Of a stretch of 64,000 nucleotides of DNA, positions 25,377-38,921 are shown in pieces. Source of the DNA: Trypethelium eluteriae. Lineage: Eukaryota. The DNA is taken from the NCBI GenBank assembly GCA_051942245.1, contig JAVECL010000004.1:1-64000 (forward strand), in the 5' to 3' direction. How positions within the stretch are numbered: position 1 is the first letter of the stretch; each line of letters begins with the position of its first letter. The notes under the pieces are model-generated. The model was not told where the DNA came from and made no database searches. It was given only the letters and a program-made list of their open reading frames with translations. The position numbers and the translations under genes are program-made.

Positions 25377-26836
25377 TCTAAGAAATTTCAGTTAGCTCTG
25401 TGGTAGGCAACGTTTTCGCATACACCACTCGCAGCCAGGACGGAGTATCTAATTTAGGGAACTCCGCCAGGCGTGACCAACGAGAGCTCTGAGTGCTCAC
25501 GGTGAACACCTTTGGCTTTCAATTCCATGTGATTAAAAGCTTGTCATGGCGTATGATTCGTGGATCACGTCGAACAGTTTTATGGCCATCAATATATGTA
25601 CTTCGTCAGCACGACGGAACAGTGCAGATTCTTGTAAATTTAGCCAATATGAACTATCAATAACTCGCTGGTTTACGGGTGTCAACGATCTGTGAAACCA
25701 GATTCTCGGATCCCTAGTTCGTCGCAGCTGTCGACACTCGACTAAAAGTCTTCCCGTGTATCTGTCAACTCTCGAAGCGAACCTACGAAACAGGCTAGCC
25801 GCCAAGTCCATATATGATGTCTTCGTTGGACATATCGAATGACTCATCAATGTCCGGAAGAATTGGAGTGCAGAGACCATATTGTGGGTCCTCTTCAAGT
25901 GGCGATTAGGAGCAAGAGAGTATAGCGAATCTGCTTTTTTCCGACTTGAGAATCGATCGGAAACGTTGTAGGCAGGACCCGTATACAGAAGGCATTCTGC
26001 ACATATGTCTTAGCTTGATGCATGCAAATTTAGTAATCTCACATATGTATGCATGGAGTAATCTTGAATCTCATCATCCGGATCGAAAAATTGACACACT
26101 CGATATTCGCATTTCCACGCAAAGAATATGGAAGGATACGATGGTTGTACTTTCGGCTCAGGTCAGGTACTTGAGGAAGAAAAAGAAATTTGGTGGAGTG
26201 CTCTGTATGGATTCCTCGGCGAATTGGGTTGCACAATGAGAAATAGTGTGGCTCGTCTAATATGCTTAGAGCGTCAATTACTGCCTTCAAGGCTGAGCTG
26301 CAGCGTCAGCATGGCAAGGCTGAGAACCGTAGCTCCTATCCTATTTCCATTTCTGACTAGCGCAATCGTTACAAGATGGGATACGTCCAACGAGAAGCAG
26401 GCTTCCTGTGAGCTCGCAAGACTAACTCTATGCGAGCATGGAGAGGCTTAGATCTCGGGACCGGCCGAAGCTCGTCGCCACGCGAGCTTGAAATGATCCG
26501 GATCTCCATCCCTGAAGATCGCTGGACCACTCCTCTTTTCTGCAAAAGATGCTGTACAACTTGGTTCTCTCGGCAGCTGGCTCGCAATTCTTGGACCTAG
26601 CTGAAAGGCGCCACCACTGGAGATGAGATGATGGCTAGGGCGAAACATTCGAAGCTGCTGGTCGTCGCCAGTGACACCGGCAACGCTCTTAGGAAGGTCT
26701 GGCATATATAAGTCTTGGCAAATTGTCGTGGCATCAGCAAGAACGGTCGGTTGCGAGCTCTAATCGTTATTTTCCCGTTGGTTGGTTCTGCCTGTTGGCC
26801 CTTTTCTCTAAAGCTGTGTACCCTCGACATTAAAAC

Positions 26837-28490
26837 ATGCCCAATGTCGGTAGATCCTCGCGAGGCTGCTACACTTGTCGAGCCAGACGGATCAAGGTGC
26901 GTCGTCCTACCTGCCTCCACCAATCGGCCATTTCAGCTTTTGCTTACTCGAACTGAAGTGTGATCGAGGGGAACCTGGCTGCCGAAAATGCAAGACCTTT
27001 GGAAGGCCATGTCCAGGATATAGGGACGAAGTCAATCTCTTGTTCCGCGACCAAAATGATTACGCTAAAGTCAAAGTGATGACTCGTCCATCTCGAGCTC
27101 TGATCTCTGTGAAAGCGGGAAAAGATCAAGACTCACTAACATACTTGCCAATACCGCAATCTCTCTCGCTCAACTTTGAGGCACAATGCATCGACCAATT
27201 CTTTTCGCAATATGTCATGGCCGAAGGTCGTACTGGCTACGGATACTTTGACTTCATACCCAGCATATCTGCTAGTGCAGATGCATTGCCATGCCTCAAG
27301 TCTGCACTACCGGCTGTGGCTTTGGCTAATGCAGCCAAGCAACGAAATCAGCTCGACCTGCTCTGGCGGGCGAGGCAGAAGTATGGTGAGACCTTGAGTT
27401 TGGTCAAACAAACTCTACGGGCTTCACCCGATCTCTGTGCAGGCGACAGTCTGCGATTGACGATTCTGATGCTGAGTCTTTATGAGGTAATGCAGACAGC
27501 AGCTGTCATCTACATCTTCTGCTAATAAAGTAATTTTAGCTGATTACCGGAGAGGGATTCATGAAAAACTTCTGGGACTCGCATCACGAAGGTCGCTTGA
27601 TGATACTTCGTAGGCCTACAGAGCATCTCAGGTACAATCGACCCGCCTGGAACTTGTATAGAGTCACGCATACCCACCTCATGACGGGTTGTCTACTGAG
27701 AAGGAAATGTCCTCCAGAAGATGCCATAACATGGCTTAGTATGGGTCATCAGAACGGGCTGATCGAAAAGACGAATCCCTTCTTCATCCGAGTCATTCGT
27801 GTCCTGGCGCACACCCAAGACGTGGCAAGATCCTGGCTCGAACCTATGAGGTCCCAAAAGCTTCGCGAAATCATGCAGCACGGCACAGATCTTGACAGAG
27901 ATATCACCAATTTCATGAGATCGCTACCTTCCGTATGGAGATACACCAGTTTTCCGAACAATGGCACAGGCACAACACTTCCAAAATTTATTCATGTGCA
28001 TGAAGATTTGTTCACTGCGGGGTCCTGGAATGCCTGGCGCTGCATGCGGATTCGACTGATTCAGGTACTGTTAGCCATTGCGGAGCTCGTTGGGGAAGAC
28101 TCGAGAGATTTCAACTCTCAATTGATGACGTGGCGAAGAACTCTTACAGATTTGGCAGATGATGTCTGCAGTACTACGCCATTTTTGCTGGGCGAGATCG
28201 ACAGTCAAGGTGTCCCTCGCGGAACCCCTAAGGGAGTTGCTCTTGGCGGCTACATGCTCTTGTATCCACTCCACATTGTCCTTGCCGTTCAAGAATTACC
28301 AGAAAGTTATCACCGTTTCGTTGAGTCCAAACTGACATACATTGCCAAGACCATGGGTATCGAACAGGCGAGCATCATCTTGAAAGCCAGTAAGATGTTA
28401 AAGAACTTCCCTGTCATTGGAGACATTGTCTTGGAGGCCGAAAGGTTTATGCCGAGTCTAAAAGGCTGCCAGCAGGCCATTGAGGAGTGA
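26837..28490 (+). CDS. Zn2Cys6 transcription factor (Fungal_trans_2-like), 3 exons
   Basis: Exon 1 MPNVGRSSRGCYTCRARRIK spliced to CDRGEPGCRKCKTFGRPCPGY; LMLSLYE|intron 27487-27539; WDSHHEG. Confidence 0.92.
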
Positions 28491-28557
28491 AGACTATAAG
28501 GCACCTTTTTCCACACATCATTCATGTCTTCTACACGGATTTGATTGAATGTTGGCA

Positions 28558-30046
28558 TCACAAGTCTATCCTTGCCGCCACGACTGCCTTGCTCACCGGC
28601 CCTGTTACAAACAGCCATCCCTGTTTCCTCCCCTCGTTGTCTCTCGGATCAATGGCAACGACCAACGCCGTACTCGCAGAGCTCACGCTATGCCCATCGT
28701 CCCGAAATATCACCGTCCGATTCCATCGTCTTGCCTCCTCATCCATCCTCTGCCCATCTTCCGTCTGCGCCCTCACCATCCACACCACCACCGGGTCCCG
28801 GCCTTCCGCAGTGGGAAACTCGGCTGCATTCCACAGCCCGGCCAGCACGAACCCACTCGCATCCCGTCCGGTCTCGACCGCGTACGGATCCGCGAAATAG
28901 CTCGGGTTGTCGATGGTCGAGTCGAGCTGCAGGGACTCGGTGACCTGCAGTTCGGACGGGTACGCCGGGTTCAAGATCGCGTGCACCAGAACCCCTGCCG
29001 AAGCGCGCCCGATCAGGACGTCGGAGCAGGACGGGCCGTGGCCGAGACCGTTCATGTTTTGGAGACTGCGGAGGGCGACGGAGGCGGAGACGCCGGCGCG
29101 AGCGTTGGTGCTGGGATTTGGGGGACCGTTGTGGCCGAAAGAGGTTTGTGGGAGATCCAGATGGAGAGGAAACTTCATGTGGACAACATTGGACCAGGGT
29201 GTAAAATCCCAGCCAAGGTTCTCGATGAGGCGCAGGATACCTGAGCGGTGCAAGTGGTCGTTAGTGACGAGAATCTCTTGTGAGTTGACGGCGTAAATGT
29301 CGTTCGGAGTGCGAATAAGAGGATGCCATATTGAGCGGATATGGGTGGCATATGCGTCACCGATGCGGTAGTGGAAGAGCTCAATTTGAGATCGGGCTGC
29401 GGGTTCGGTAGAGGACGAAGCTATGTGGGCAGGATTGGGAAGGTGATTGATGGCGAAGATATATATCGATTCTCGATCGGAGGAAGATGACCAAATATCG
29501 ATTCCATGGGTGATGAAAGGCCCAGAAAAATTGCGTAGAGCGAGGCGTATGGTCTTGAATGTCTTCGATGAAATCTCTAGTGAGCTTGTCGAAGAGCAAG
29601 GACAGCACAAGGCAACGACTAATTACGAGCCACAAGCGACGTACCTTCGGATCAATCACCACAAATGTGCCTTGCCCGATAGGCCTAGACTTCTGCAAGT
29701 CTGCAGTTCTGAACGGCCAACGCAGTCAGTTGGCTATTCGACTGGTACAAGACGCCTAACCTTGGTCCACAAATACTTACGGTGGGAACCAGAATTTCCT
29801 CGTTTCTTCGTCTGCCTCTGAAGCGCCAAAGAGCAGATTTGACGCCTGATGGTAATGCAAATCTTCCACATAAAGAGTGTCAGGGATCCTTTTCAACTCA
29901 TGTCCATGAAGGTTAACCGTTCGACCCGAGCCTCGGCCGAAACCAAAGACGGTATATCTGAGGCTCAGTGGTGGATATAGAATCGCAATGAAAATTGCAA
30001 TCATTAGTGGCTTCCACATGCGAGACGGGCACAGTATTACCGCCAT
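28558..30046 (-). CDS. Paraoxonase/arylesterase-like beta-propeller lactonase, 3 exons
   Basis: N-terminal TM anchor, VEDLHYH, FITHGIDI, FAINH, IRTPNDI, VTNDH, NMNGL and IDNPSY, which are PON-type Ca-binding blade motifs. Confidence 0.85.
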
Positions 30047-32567
30047 TGCAGAGGTCAGTGATTGTTCCAAACATCGTGTCTTGCCCTTGTTTTAATTCGA
30101 ACATTGTGAATAGAAGCGGGTACCTGAACAACGGGCGAGGTAAGATGTAGGTATCGTACGAGGAAAGCATATGCCAATGCAGGCAAAGGAGGAAATCATG
30201 CGATTTTTCCGGGGACCCTGGCCTGCTAAAATTGGCCTCGTTTGGCTGATACCTCTGCCGGAGTCAACTCCGAGTCTCAACAGACACTAGCAAGGCAATT
30301 CCCATCCTGTTCGCCAATCGTCGTCTCTGCGCCCACGGTCCCACGCCTAGTGATTCGAGATGGCAAAATTTGGCAGATGCAGGCACCTACCAGGATGATT
30401 TTATTCTCCGATTCTCCCTTGCCTCTGTACCTACTGCGGGGTTCTTGTTATTCTGTCGATCCTTGTATCACTACCTGACGTCAACATTGTCAGACCTTCC
30501 TGATCAACCCCTGTAATGTAGCATCCGCAAGCAGCTTCTCACCTCGCTCACCTACATGCTTGTGTCAAATTCTTGACCGATGGGACAGATATTAGCACAG
30601 GTGTAACAGTCGCTAGACGCTAGACAGTCGGACTGGATCAGTGCCAACCAGCAGAATCCTGTGTTCTGTACTTGATGCACGTGTACTATCCGGAAAGAAT
30701 CTTCATGTAACTGTACGAAGCTTTTTGACTGGGGACATATCTCCAGACGCTGCTCATGTACAGTATGAGTGTTCAGAGGCTGCGTAGGTTCCTTGTGTAC
30801 CACTCAGTCCCCCCCAAAAAATTCCTATTACTTTTCTTTTCTTTTTCTTCCCCCACCCCCATTTTACCATGCATCATCCCGGACATGGTTCGGGGGCACG
30901 TTGAGACACCACACAAAGATTTTGGCTTTACACTTTCTCTTCGTCTATTTGGCTTCACAAGGCTTTAGGCATTAGCGGCATGGACTTTGAGTGAGTCCTG
31001 CATTCCGAAAGCTGTGGATAGTTAAACCCACATTGCGCGTTGGTTGGGTAGAGTCTCCAAGTCTTCCTGGCGGCATCCAAAATACTGCGACTCATTGGTG
31101 GGCCATCAACCGTTTTACAGACTATTTTCTCCACTCCATATCTCCACTTTTGAGAGAGAGCGATTGCCCTATGGGAAAGTCTCAAATAGTATTGTCGTCA
31201 TTCAATTTTGGACAATTGAACTTGCTACAGCGGTGCTTACTCAACTGTGTCCACTATCGCAATAACAGCTTTCTAAACTCCAATTTGGATCACAACCGTG
31301 GATGCAAGTGATTGCACTAACATGTGAATCGTGAATTAATGAAAGAAAATGAATGGTGGTCACAGCACCAACTCGAGGATGGTCAAGGGACATGCAATGC
31401 TCGTCAGGTCTTCTGCAGAAGATTTTAGAGAGATAAAGCTAGGCGAAATTTTCATCTCTGAATTTTTATCTTTAACGAAAATAGTCACGGGAGTGGTGTT
31501 CAGAGAAGAACGCGCTGGCTCCTTTTCTTTTGCACTATGGTCTTTCAGTATATCTCATGGAGCCAAAAGGACAGACACCTCCTATCTTTTCATTAACCCA
31601 AATAGGTATCGCTTGGTCGGAGGACTTGAGCTAAGTGAATGGGGGCTCTCAGTTCCGCTCAAGGGCCCTGCTACGAGTTGTATCTACACCCATTTGCTAC
31701 TTTCAGTGCGCCCAGATGCGACCAGCGTAATGCGATTCGTGCCTTTCCATGACAGTGGTCGTCTTGCAGCGATCACCCGCCCAGCCCAGAGAATTTTGGC
31801 AATTAGATGGTATGAACGCTGCTGGCCTTAGTTGATGAAGTGGAAGCGTATGTAGCGCAGCAATCAGACGACAGATTGTGTTACTAGGTAGAGAATAGGA
31901 GCTCATCGATTATCTGAGAAATGTACCATAAGAGATGAGAGCAAAAATTCACCGTCCTGCAAAATTGACGTGCGGCGAAGTCCACAGTAATGCGTGCAGT
32001 GTTACTGTGAGGAAGAGATCAATCTACACGGAACCCACGGAGTCGATCGACTTGGCAAGGGGGGGGGATGATGGCAAAGTAGAACAGAAGCTGCGCCTTA
32101 GGCTCAGTGAGCATACTAGTATTTGATTGGCCTATTCGTAAACATGTCCCGATTGAGACTAGTGGAGGAGTCCTTACGGTGCTCAGCTCCTCGGCAATCT
32201 ACCTCCTAATGCATCTCCCTTTATTAGTAAAACCGCTTCAGGAACCCACCAAACTCCTAATCAGAACCTGCCTAATTTCCTAACAAGGTCTGAATTCAAA
32301 GTGCTATTCATTTTCCTAAAGAATACTGGCGGCTGTGGCAATGAACCTGCATAGCGTTCGAGCGCTGCGATTGGGTCGTTCGTCCCATCCCGTGACATTG
32401 ACCTCAGCCAGGAGGCCCGCTATAGCGCGTGTGTTGAGATAGTATGGCGACTTGATCTACAGGGCGTACTGTATGAGTTTATCTCAAAGAGCTTATTAGA
32501 ACGGCGATTTTGCAGTTTTTGGCGTCCTGTGCAGTTCGGTCTTGTGTGCCCTACACGGATTGTGGAC

Positions 32568-34311
32568 ATGGCACCATCCACGAATGAAGGTGCGGCTCCA
32601 AAACGTGCGTGGCATTCGAAAGTTCGCACAGGTTGTTTGACTTGCAAGTATGTATATGAGAGCATTGTGCACTTATCCCTGAGATGCATTTGTTTAACTC
32701 TTTTGTAGGACTCGCAAGGTACGATGCGACGAAGGAAAGCCTTATTGCAACCGATGCACCTCTACGGGACGCCAATGTGGCGGCTACGCATCTCGCTTTG
32801 TAGACGCAAATGCACCCAAAGCATCCAGGGCTCGAGCAGACCCTTTCAGCGCTGTCAATGCGGTGCCTCACCAGAATCCTAGGCTTCTTCTCCCTCGGCT
32901 CAACGACAAGGAGCTGCGCAGCTTTCGTTTCTTCCTTGAAAAGACCGCCCCTGCCTTTGCAGGTGTCTTTCATATCGATTTCTGGCTCCAAGAGATTCCC
33001 CGTGCCTGTCATGCAAATGCTGCAATATGGCATGCTGCAGTCAGTCTCGGCGCCGTGGACGAAAGTTACAATATCAGGCAAGGTATATTGCCCTCCTACA
33101 TAACCCGCGACGAACAGGTGCAATTCGCTCTGCAGCAATTTGGTTCATCTATCAAGTACCTGATTGACCCGTCATATCACTTAATGGAAAGGCAGGATAA
33201 ACGAACTGCACTAGCAGCCAGTGTTCTTTTCACATGCATATGCAGTGTCCAGGGACTCCAAAATCAGGCTCTTATTCATCTTCGAGGTGGTCTGAAACTT
33301 CTTCAGGAAATCAAAGTGGAAGAGCAGCGGTCTACAAGCCCTTGTTCGCGTTCAAGTCCAGATGCCAGCCCGCTCTCACTAATAGCCATGCAATCCGTTC
33401 TCAACAATCTCAACATCCAAGCGGAATCGATATTGGGGGGCAGACTAGATGCTGACTCACCATCACTTGTCGATGTCGATCATTACAGTTGCTGGCGTCT
33501 TTACCAAGCGCCGTCTTTCTCAGCCGAAGCCAGCCCATCAAGCCTTGGGAATATCGTCGAGGCATGTAGAGCTGTTGAATCTCTGTTCAACAGCATGGTT
33601 GTATTTTTCCAGAGACCGGATATCTACCGTGCCACTCTTGCCCTCGATTTCGAGACGGTCTCGAAGCAACAGCTCCCTTTCATGCGCGTCCTGCAAAATC
33701 TGACCTCTGCGCTCAGCATGTTTGAAGCTTGTAGTCGTGATATTCTTGACGAAGCAACCCGAAAGGCAATTACGGTGCTCAAAATGTTCCACATCGTGTG
33801 CCGTTTCATACTCATTCCGAAAAGCATCGAAGCGGACCGCCTGGACCGTTTCGACGCAGTGCTCAAGCATGTCGTGGACCTCGCTACTCAGGTGCTCGAT
33901 GGCAGCAGCAACAACTGGACAACTCCAAGGCAGCAGGGTACTTTTTCGTCGATCTCCGTTCCCGTGCCCTCAATGTCTCTGCTGCTTCTCGTGGCTGCAA
34001 TTTCCGCCCGGACGACTCACACTCGCGAGCGGGCCATCGAGCTGATGAAGGCATACCCGCGGCGCGAAGGACTCTGGGATTCATTCATGGCAGCCGAGCT
34101 CGCCAGGACTGTCTTGCAAGCCAAGGGGTTGCCCACGACAGTGAAAGAAGAAGAAGCAATGATGGACGGACAAAGCAAGACCAAAGGATTGTGGACGGAT
34201 TACATGATAAGTGTGGCATTCCATGGCGAGAGGAGGGCTGAGATTACGATGAAGACTTTTCAGCAATGGATGAATGGAGAGATCGGCAAGCAGACATCGA
34301 TGGAGTGGTGA
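32568..34311 (+). CDS. Zn2Cys6 transcription factor (Fungal_trans_2-like), intron 32649-32708
   Basis: KVRTGCLTCK|TRKVRCDEGKPYCNRCTSTGRQCGGY in frame with ORF 32863; HLRGGLKLL and PRREGLWDS motifs. Confidence 0.93.
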
Positions 34312-35102
34312 ATCGTGACACGCCTCCGTGGCGAGCTTCTACCGGTTGTGGTCGGCTTGAACAATGACGCCATGGAAGATGCAGAATAATTTGTCCTTGC
34401 TCATCGAACATGAGAGCATGACCAAGCGAAGTTTCAAACGTGAACTCCACGGACTGGCATGCAATCAGGGATGGGTTGTGAAATGAAATCGGCATCAGTG
34501 AACCACAATAGTATTTGATAGAAACCGGTCGAACTGTTACTCAGCTCAATCAATAATTTCGACAATCCCCGAAAACTGTACAACAGATATCTGGCCTACA
34601 TATGGAGCTTGCGTAGGAATGGAGCTGACGCTCGAGCTCCTGAACGCATAGGCGCTGGCAATTTACCCTTACAAATCACTTTTCTGAAGGCTTCAATTCA
34701 AGGGTGAAGGTGAATGAGTCGCGCCCTTTGGATTTCTCTTCCCACATTCAATTCTTCTTGTACATGCTTACGAAAAAGCAAGCACCCTCTAAGTGGTCAC
34801 TTTGGACCTTCACAACCTGGCGACGGCTACTCTATTCACGGCGCGGCATGTTTCCGCTGCTGTTGACCAAGCACGCGGCCACGCCAAGGACCGAATGCCG
34901 ATCAATTTCAAAGCCATCCGTACCATCGTTAATCAACCAAGCCCTAAGGCTCTCTGCCTGTACACTCTCTCCTACCATGTGGCTGCCGGAGAGTATGAAA
35001 GGGTCCTTCCCTTCTGCAGCACGGCGTGTCTGCTGCGTACACAATTCAAGGAGCAGCTGAGCTACATTTCGACTGCCCGCATATGTGCATTACCCAACCT
35101 CT

Positions 35103-36008
35103 ATGGCCAACACTATGACGCGAGCTCCTGTCATCTCTATATCTCACGGAGGCGGCCCACTTCCAATACTAGGCGACGAGGGACACGAACAAATCGTCAA
35201 GTCGCTACGAACGCGAATTCCCGAATTGCTGAAGCTTGGAACTCCCGAGGCCCCTCGAGCAATCGTGCTGATTACAGCACACTGGTCTGAACGAAATCCA
35301 ACCATCTCCAACGCGAAGAAGCATCCACTACTCTACGACTACTATGGCTTCCCTCCTGAAAGTTACGATCTCAAGTATGATGCCGACGGGTCACCGGAGA
35401 TTGCGGAAAAGGTCGCGGAAGCAATGAAGGGAGTTGGATTGAAGCCTGTGATGGACGACGAGAGAGGTATGACGCGATCTGAAGATCCTCGGTCAAGCCT
35501 GAAATCCCACTTGCTCATATAGAATTTCCTTGCAGGCTGGGACCATGGCGTCTTCGTACCCATGCTTCTCATCAATCCCGCAGCAAACGTCCCCATCGTA
35601 CAAGTCTCCGTCCTTAATTCCGAATCACCTGCCGGCCATTACAAAATGGGTCGAGCATTATCTGATCTGAGAGACTCCAATATCGCCATCATCGGCTCCG
35701 GCTTTGCCTCCTTCCATAACTTGCGTTTGATGTTCAGTGGCATCACCTCGGATCCTGGTTTCCAGAACCGGAACGAGGCTTGGAGCAAAGCTGTCTCTGA
35801 TGCGGTCCTTGAAGAGTATGTTGAGGAAAGGGAAAAGAAGATAAATGCTTGGAGGGACTGGCCAGCCGCGTATGAAATGCATCCAAGAGGCGGAGCAGAG
35901 CATTTCTTGCCGCTAATTGTGTGTGCTGGAGCAGCGGGGAAAGGAAGTGGACTCAGTTATACAGACAAGTACATGGGTCTGGATATGTATTCCTATTACT
36001 GGGCGTAG
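35103..36008 (+). CDS. LigB-family (class III) extradiol ring-cleavage dioxygenase, DODA/YgiD-like; intron ~35468-35535
   Basis: Metal/catalytic histidine motifs ISHGGGP, ITAHW, YDYYGFP, RG|WDHGVFVP, GSGFASFHNL, HPRGGAEHFLPL. Confidence 0.92.
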
Positions 36009-36981
36009 TGCCTACGATATCTCCATTCATTGTTTATGGTCCTTTGAGAAATTGGTTGGTGGGTGCGTAAATAGCGTTGACGCGCCGGAACTTATCCCGC
36101 GGAAAGGTGTTGGAAGATACCATGAGTGCCAGATCAGCACTTGCACTGAACATGGACAGGGAAACGCAAGAAAAGTCAAAGTCCGAAGATCGTGTAAGGA
36201 CCCAACTAATCACGTCCCCTCACTGAGTTTCGATAAGCCTCCTTGGACTCTCAAGTCCTGGGCCCGAGATGAAACTACTATCTCGAGATTTTTGATACTC
36301 TTTGCATCCCAAGGCAAGATGAAACTTATGAACTCATGCGTAAAGGATCGTTTACTCGTTTTATGTAGAACTCATATTGCAGAAGATGGAAGGCTCTTTT
36401 TGACGCTAAAATCTAACAAAACGCAAAGACTTCGAGCTAACTATCAACTGAGCAGCGATGTCACGGACTGAAGAAATGATACCTTTGGAACCGACGATCA
36501 CAGATGTAATGGAGTTGCGTTCCCAGGGGACCTTAGGTACCTCTAGGTACCTAGCTACTACGTTATTACCCTATGGGTACTAGCACCTCTATTATTTAGC
36601 TACTATAACTTCCGACCCGCTCCACAGACCTAGCTTCCTACAATACACTACACAGTACAACAAAAACAGGAGGCAAAATCTGTTTGCTGCCCCGCTCTTA
36701 CACAGTGTACTGAAAATTCTCCATGATAAGAAACTAAGTAAACCGCGCTCCCGGACCCTATCTTCAACAGCAGCCCCAGAAGTACTCCAAGAATCTTTAT
36801 TATATACCGAAACGATAGCCTTTGCAACAGTTTCTGTCTGACCGATCTTATGCTCAGTCTAGCATAAGGCCGAACTCGGATCAAAGCTGTACAACGTCAC
36901 CTCAGATCACCAAATCTTTTGCTTGGTTTATTGTAGAAAAATCGATGTTCTAGAGCGCGAAACTCGTGAGCTTAGCAAAAG

Positions 36982-37570
36982 ATGTCCGTTATTTCCACCC
37001 AGCCTGAACTCTATCCCATGGAAGGTGGCTGTCCCTGTGGAAACATCCGCTATCGTATGGAGAGGGCTCCTCTAATCGTTCACTGCTGCCATTGTACCTG
37101 GTATTAAGTTCCAATTCTAGATATTTCCAATTCTTCTCCGATCCGAGAAACTCCGACTCACCATCAAGACCAGGTGCCGGCGCGAAACCGGCTCTGCCTT
37201 CGCCCTCAATGCCATGCTTGAAACCCGATACATCACCATCCTCTCCCCGATTCTTCCCACGACCTGCTCTATTCCTTCCGCTAGTGGCGCGGGCCAGACC
37301 ATCCACCGCTGTCCCTCGTGCCACATTGCGGTCTGTAGCGAGTATGGGCCCAACCAGCCGATCCGCATGATTCGGGTAGGCACCCTGGATAGGTCTGAAG
37401 ATGTGAGGCCGGGCGTTCACATCTATGTGTCGACAAAAATGCATTGGGTGAACTTGGCTAAGGCAGAATGCAAGGTATTTGACGGGTTCTATGATAGGAA
37501 CGACGTTTGGGGGAGTGAGGCACTGGAGAGGAGGCGACTAATGATCGCGAAGATGGAAGAAGGCGCTTAA
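36982..37570 (+). CDS. GFA/CENP-V (Mss4-like, glutathione-dependent formaldehyde-activating) family protein, 2 exons
   Basis: EGGCPCGNIRY...HCCHCT(W)|CRRETGSAF, RCPSC, RVGTLD, HIYVSTKMHW. Confidence 0.9.
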
Positions 37571-37852
37571 GATATAGAAGAAAGAGATGGGCCAGGAAGT
37601 ATAGTGTTGATGTGAACGCGCGTGGAGAGAATTGGAACAATGACAGACACAATAACCGGTCATAGATAAAAGATAGATGAATATCAAATCCTAACTTTTT
37701 CTAATTAGCCACGACGTAGCTTTTCTGGAGTTCAGCCGGCGAATTGGAAATTGCTGTTTGTAATGCAGCTGCAGGAGGCGTCCGCTCTATATCTGACACT
37801 TTGTGCTTGGTGGAAAGAAGTTGTCACCTCGTGCTGAAGATCTACGATAAGA

Positions 37853-38214
37853 TGGGGCGAACTGGCCAGGCTCACTCCAGAAAAGTTCCTGTCGTAATGC
37901 AAGACCTGGAAATCGACAACTCCTGCAAAACCCAGCTGTCACAGCCCCCAAGCCAGAAGATGTCATCTTCTGACTCCAATGTCTCCAACCGGACGGTCTA
38001 TAAACTGCGAACCCCGAAACCGGCGAAGAGCGCGACATCATACACCGTTCCCTCAACCAGCCGTGGTGAGCTCCTGATTGCGATCCACTCTAAAGAGGAG
38101 AAGAAGAGGCGGAAGGTCTACCAAATTGACTCATCTGCGCTGCCATCTCCGTTCTTAGATCCGAAACTGGCGGAAATATTGAAGAGAAGACGGGGCGATG
38201 GAGGGCGAGCATAA
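37853..38214 (+). CDS. Small basic hypothetical protein
   Basis: Open frame of ~120 aa, S/K/R-rich; no motif recognised. Confidence 0.3.
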
Positions 38215-38921
38215 TGAGCCGGTGGAGTCTCTACAACATCTCAGCGCTTGATGTCTCACGTTGGAGAATGATATGAGGGTGTCCCGATACCTCGACAATC
38301 TTCACCAAATGGAATGTGTGCAGAGAGGCAGTGAAAAGCTAGAAAGTGAATGTTGCTGGCTTACGCCTTCCCGCAGGGTTATGCTTTAATTGCCTCTACG
38401 GTAAAAATCACGCTTGAACCTTTGTCCTGGCTGGTCGAATAACTTTAAGAATGTCGAGAGCTCGGGTATGCTGTTGCGTAACGAGGACAGTCACCTTATT
38501 TCATATGGTACATAGTATAAACTTGGGGGATACTACCAAGTCGCTAGTTCTCTACCACAGTCCAAAACCCTCCGAAAACAACCAAAAAAACAAGGACAAG
38601 ACAAATCAAGAGACTCTTGCCGTGGTCTTCGTATCCAACTCGTATGCTCGTAAAGTTCTGCAGTGCTATCAATCCCATGCAAAAGTCCAACAAGGTATCA
38701 GGGGCCATCCCGCCTTCACCTGCGCTTGATATCCAGCCGTAACAAAAGTGGCAAGGTTGCGCCGTTAATAAGAAACTGCGACAGCTGAGAGTAATGCAAA
38801 ATCGACGAAAGATTAACTCGAGATGATAAGAAGCGAAAAGAAATTCTCCAACATGGACCTCGCCGTACGCGAATTTATGCCAACATCCTGTCCTCGATCA
38901 CTTTGTCAGGACCAAAACTTT

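Noticed and set aside
25533..26705. Overlapping short ORFs between the first two Zn2Cys6 genes
   Set aside because: No motifs; consistent with intergenic or promoter noise.
30100..32500. 2.4-kb divergent intergenic region with 60-160 aa ORFs
   Set aside because: No coding-like composition, repeats or terminal inverted repeats were detected by eye.
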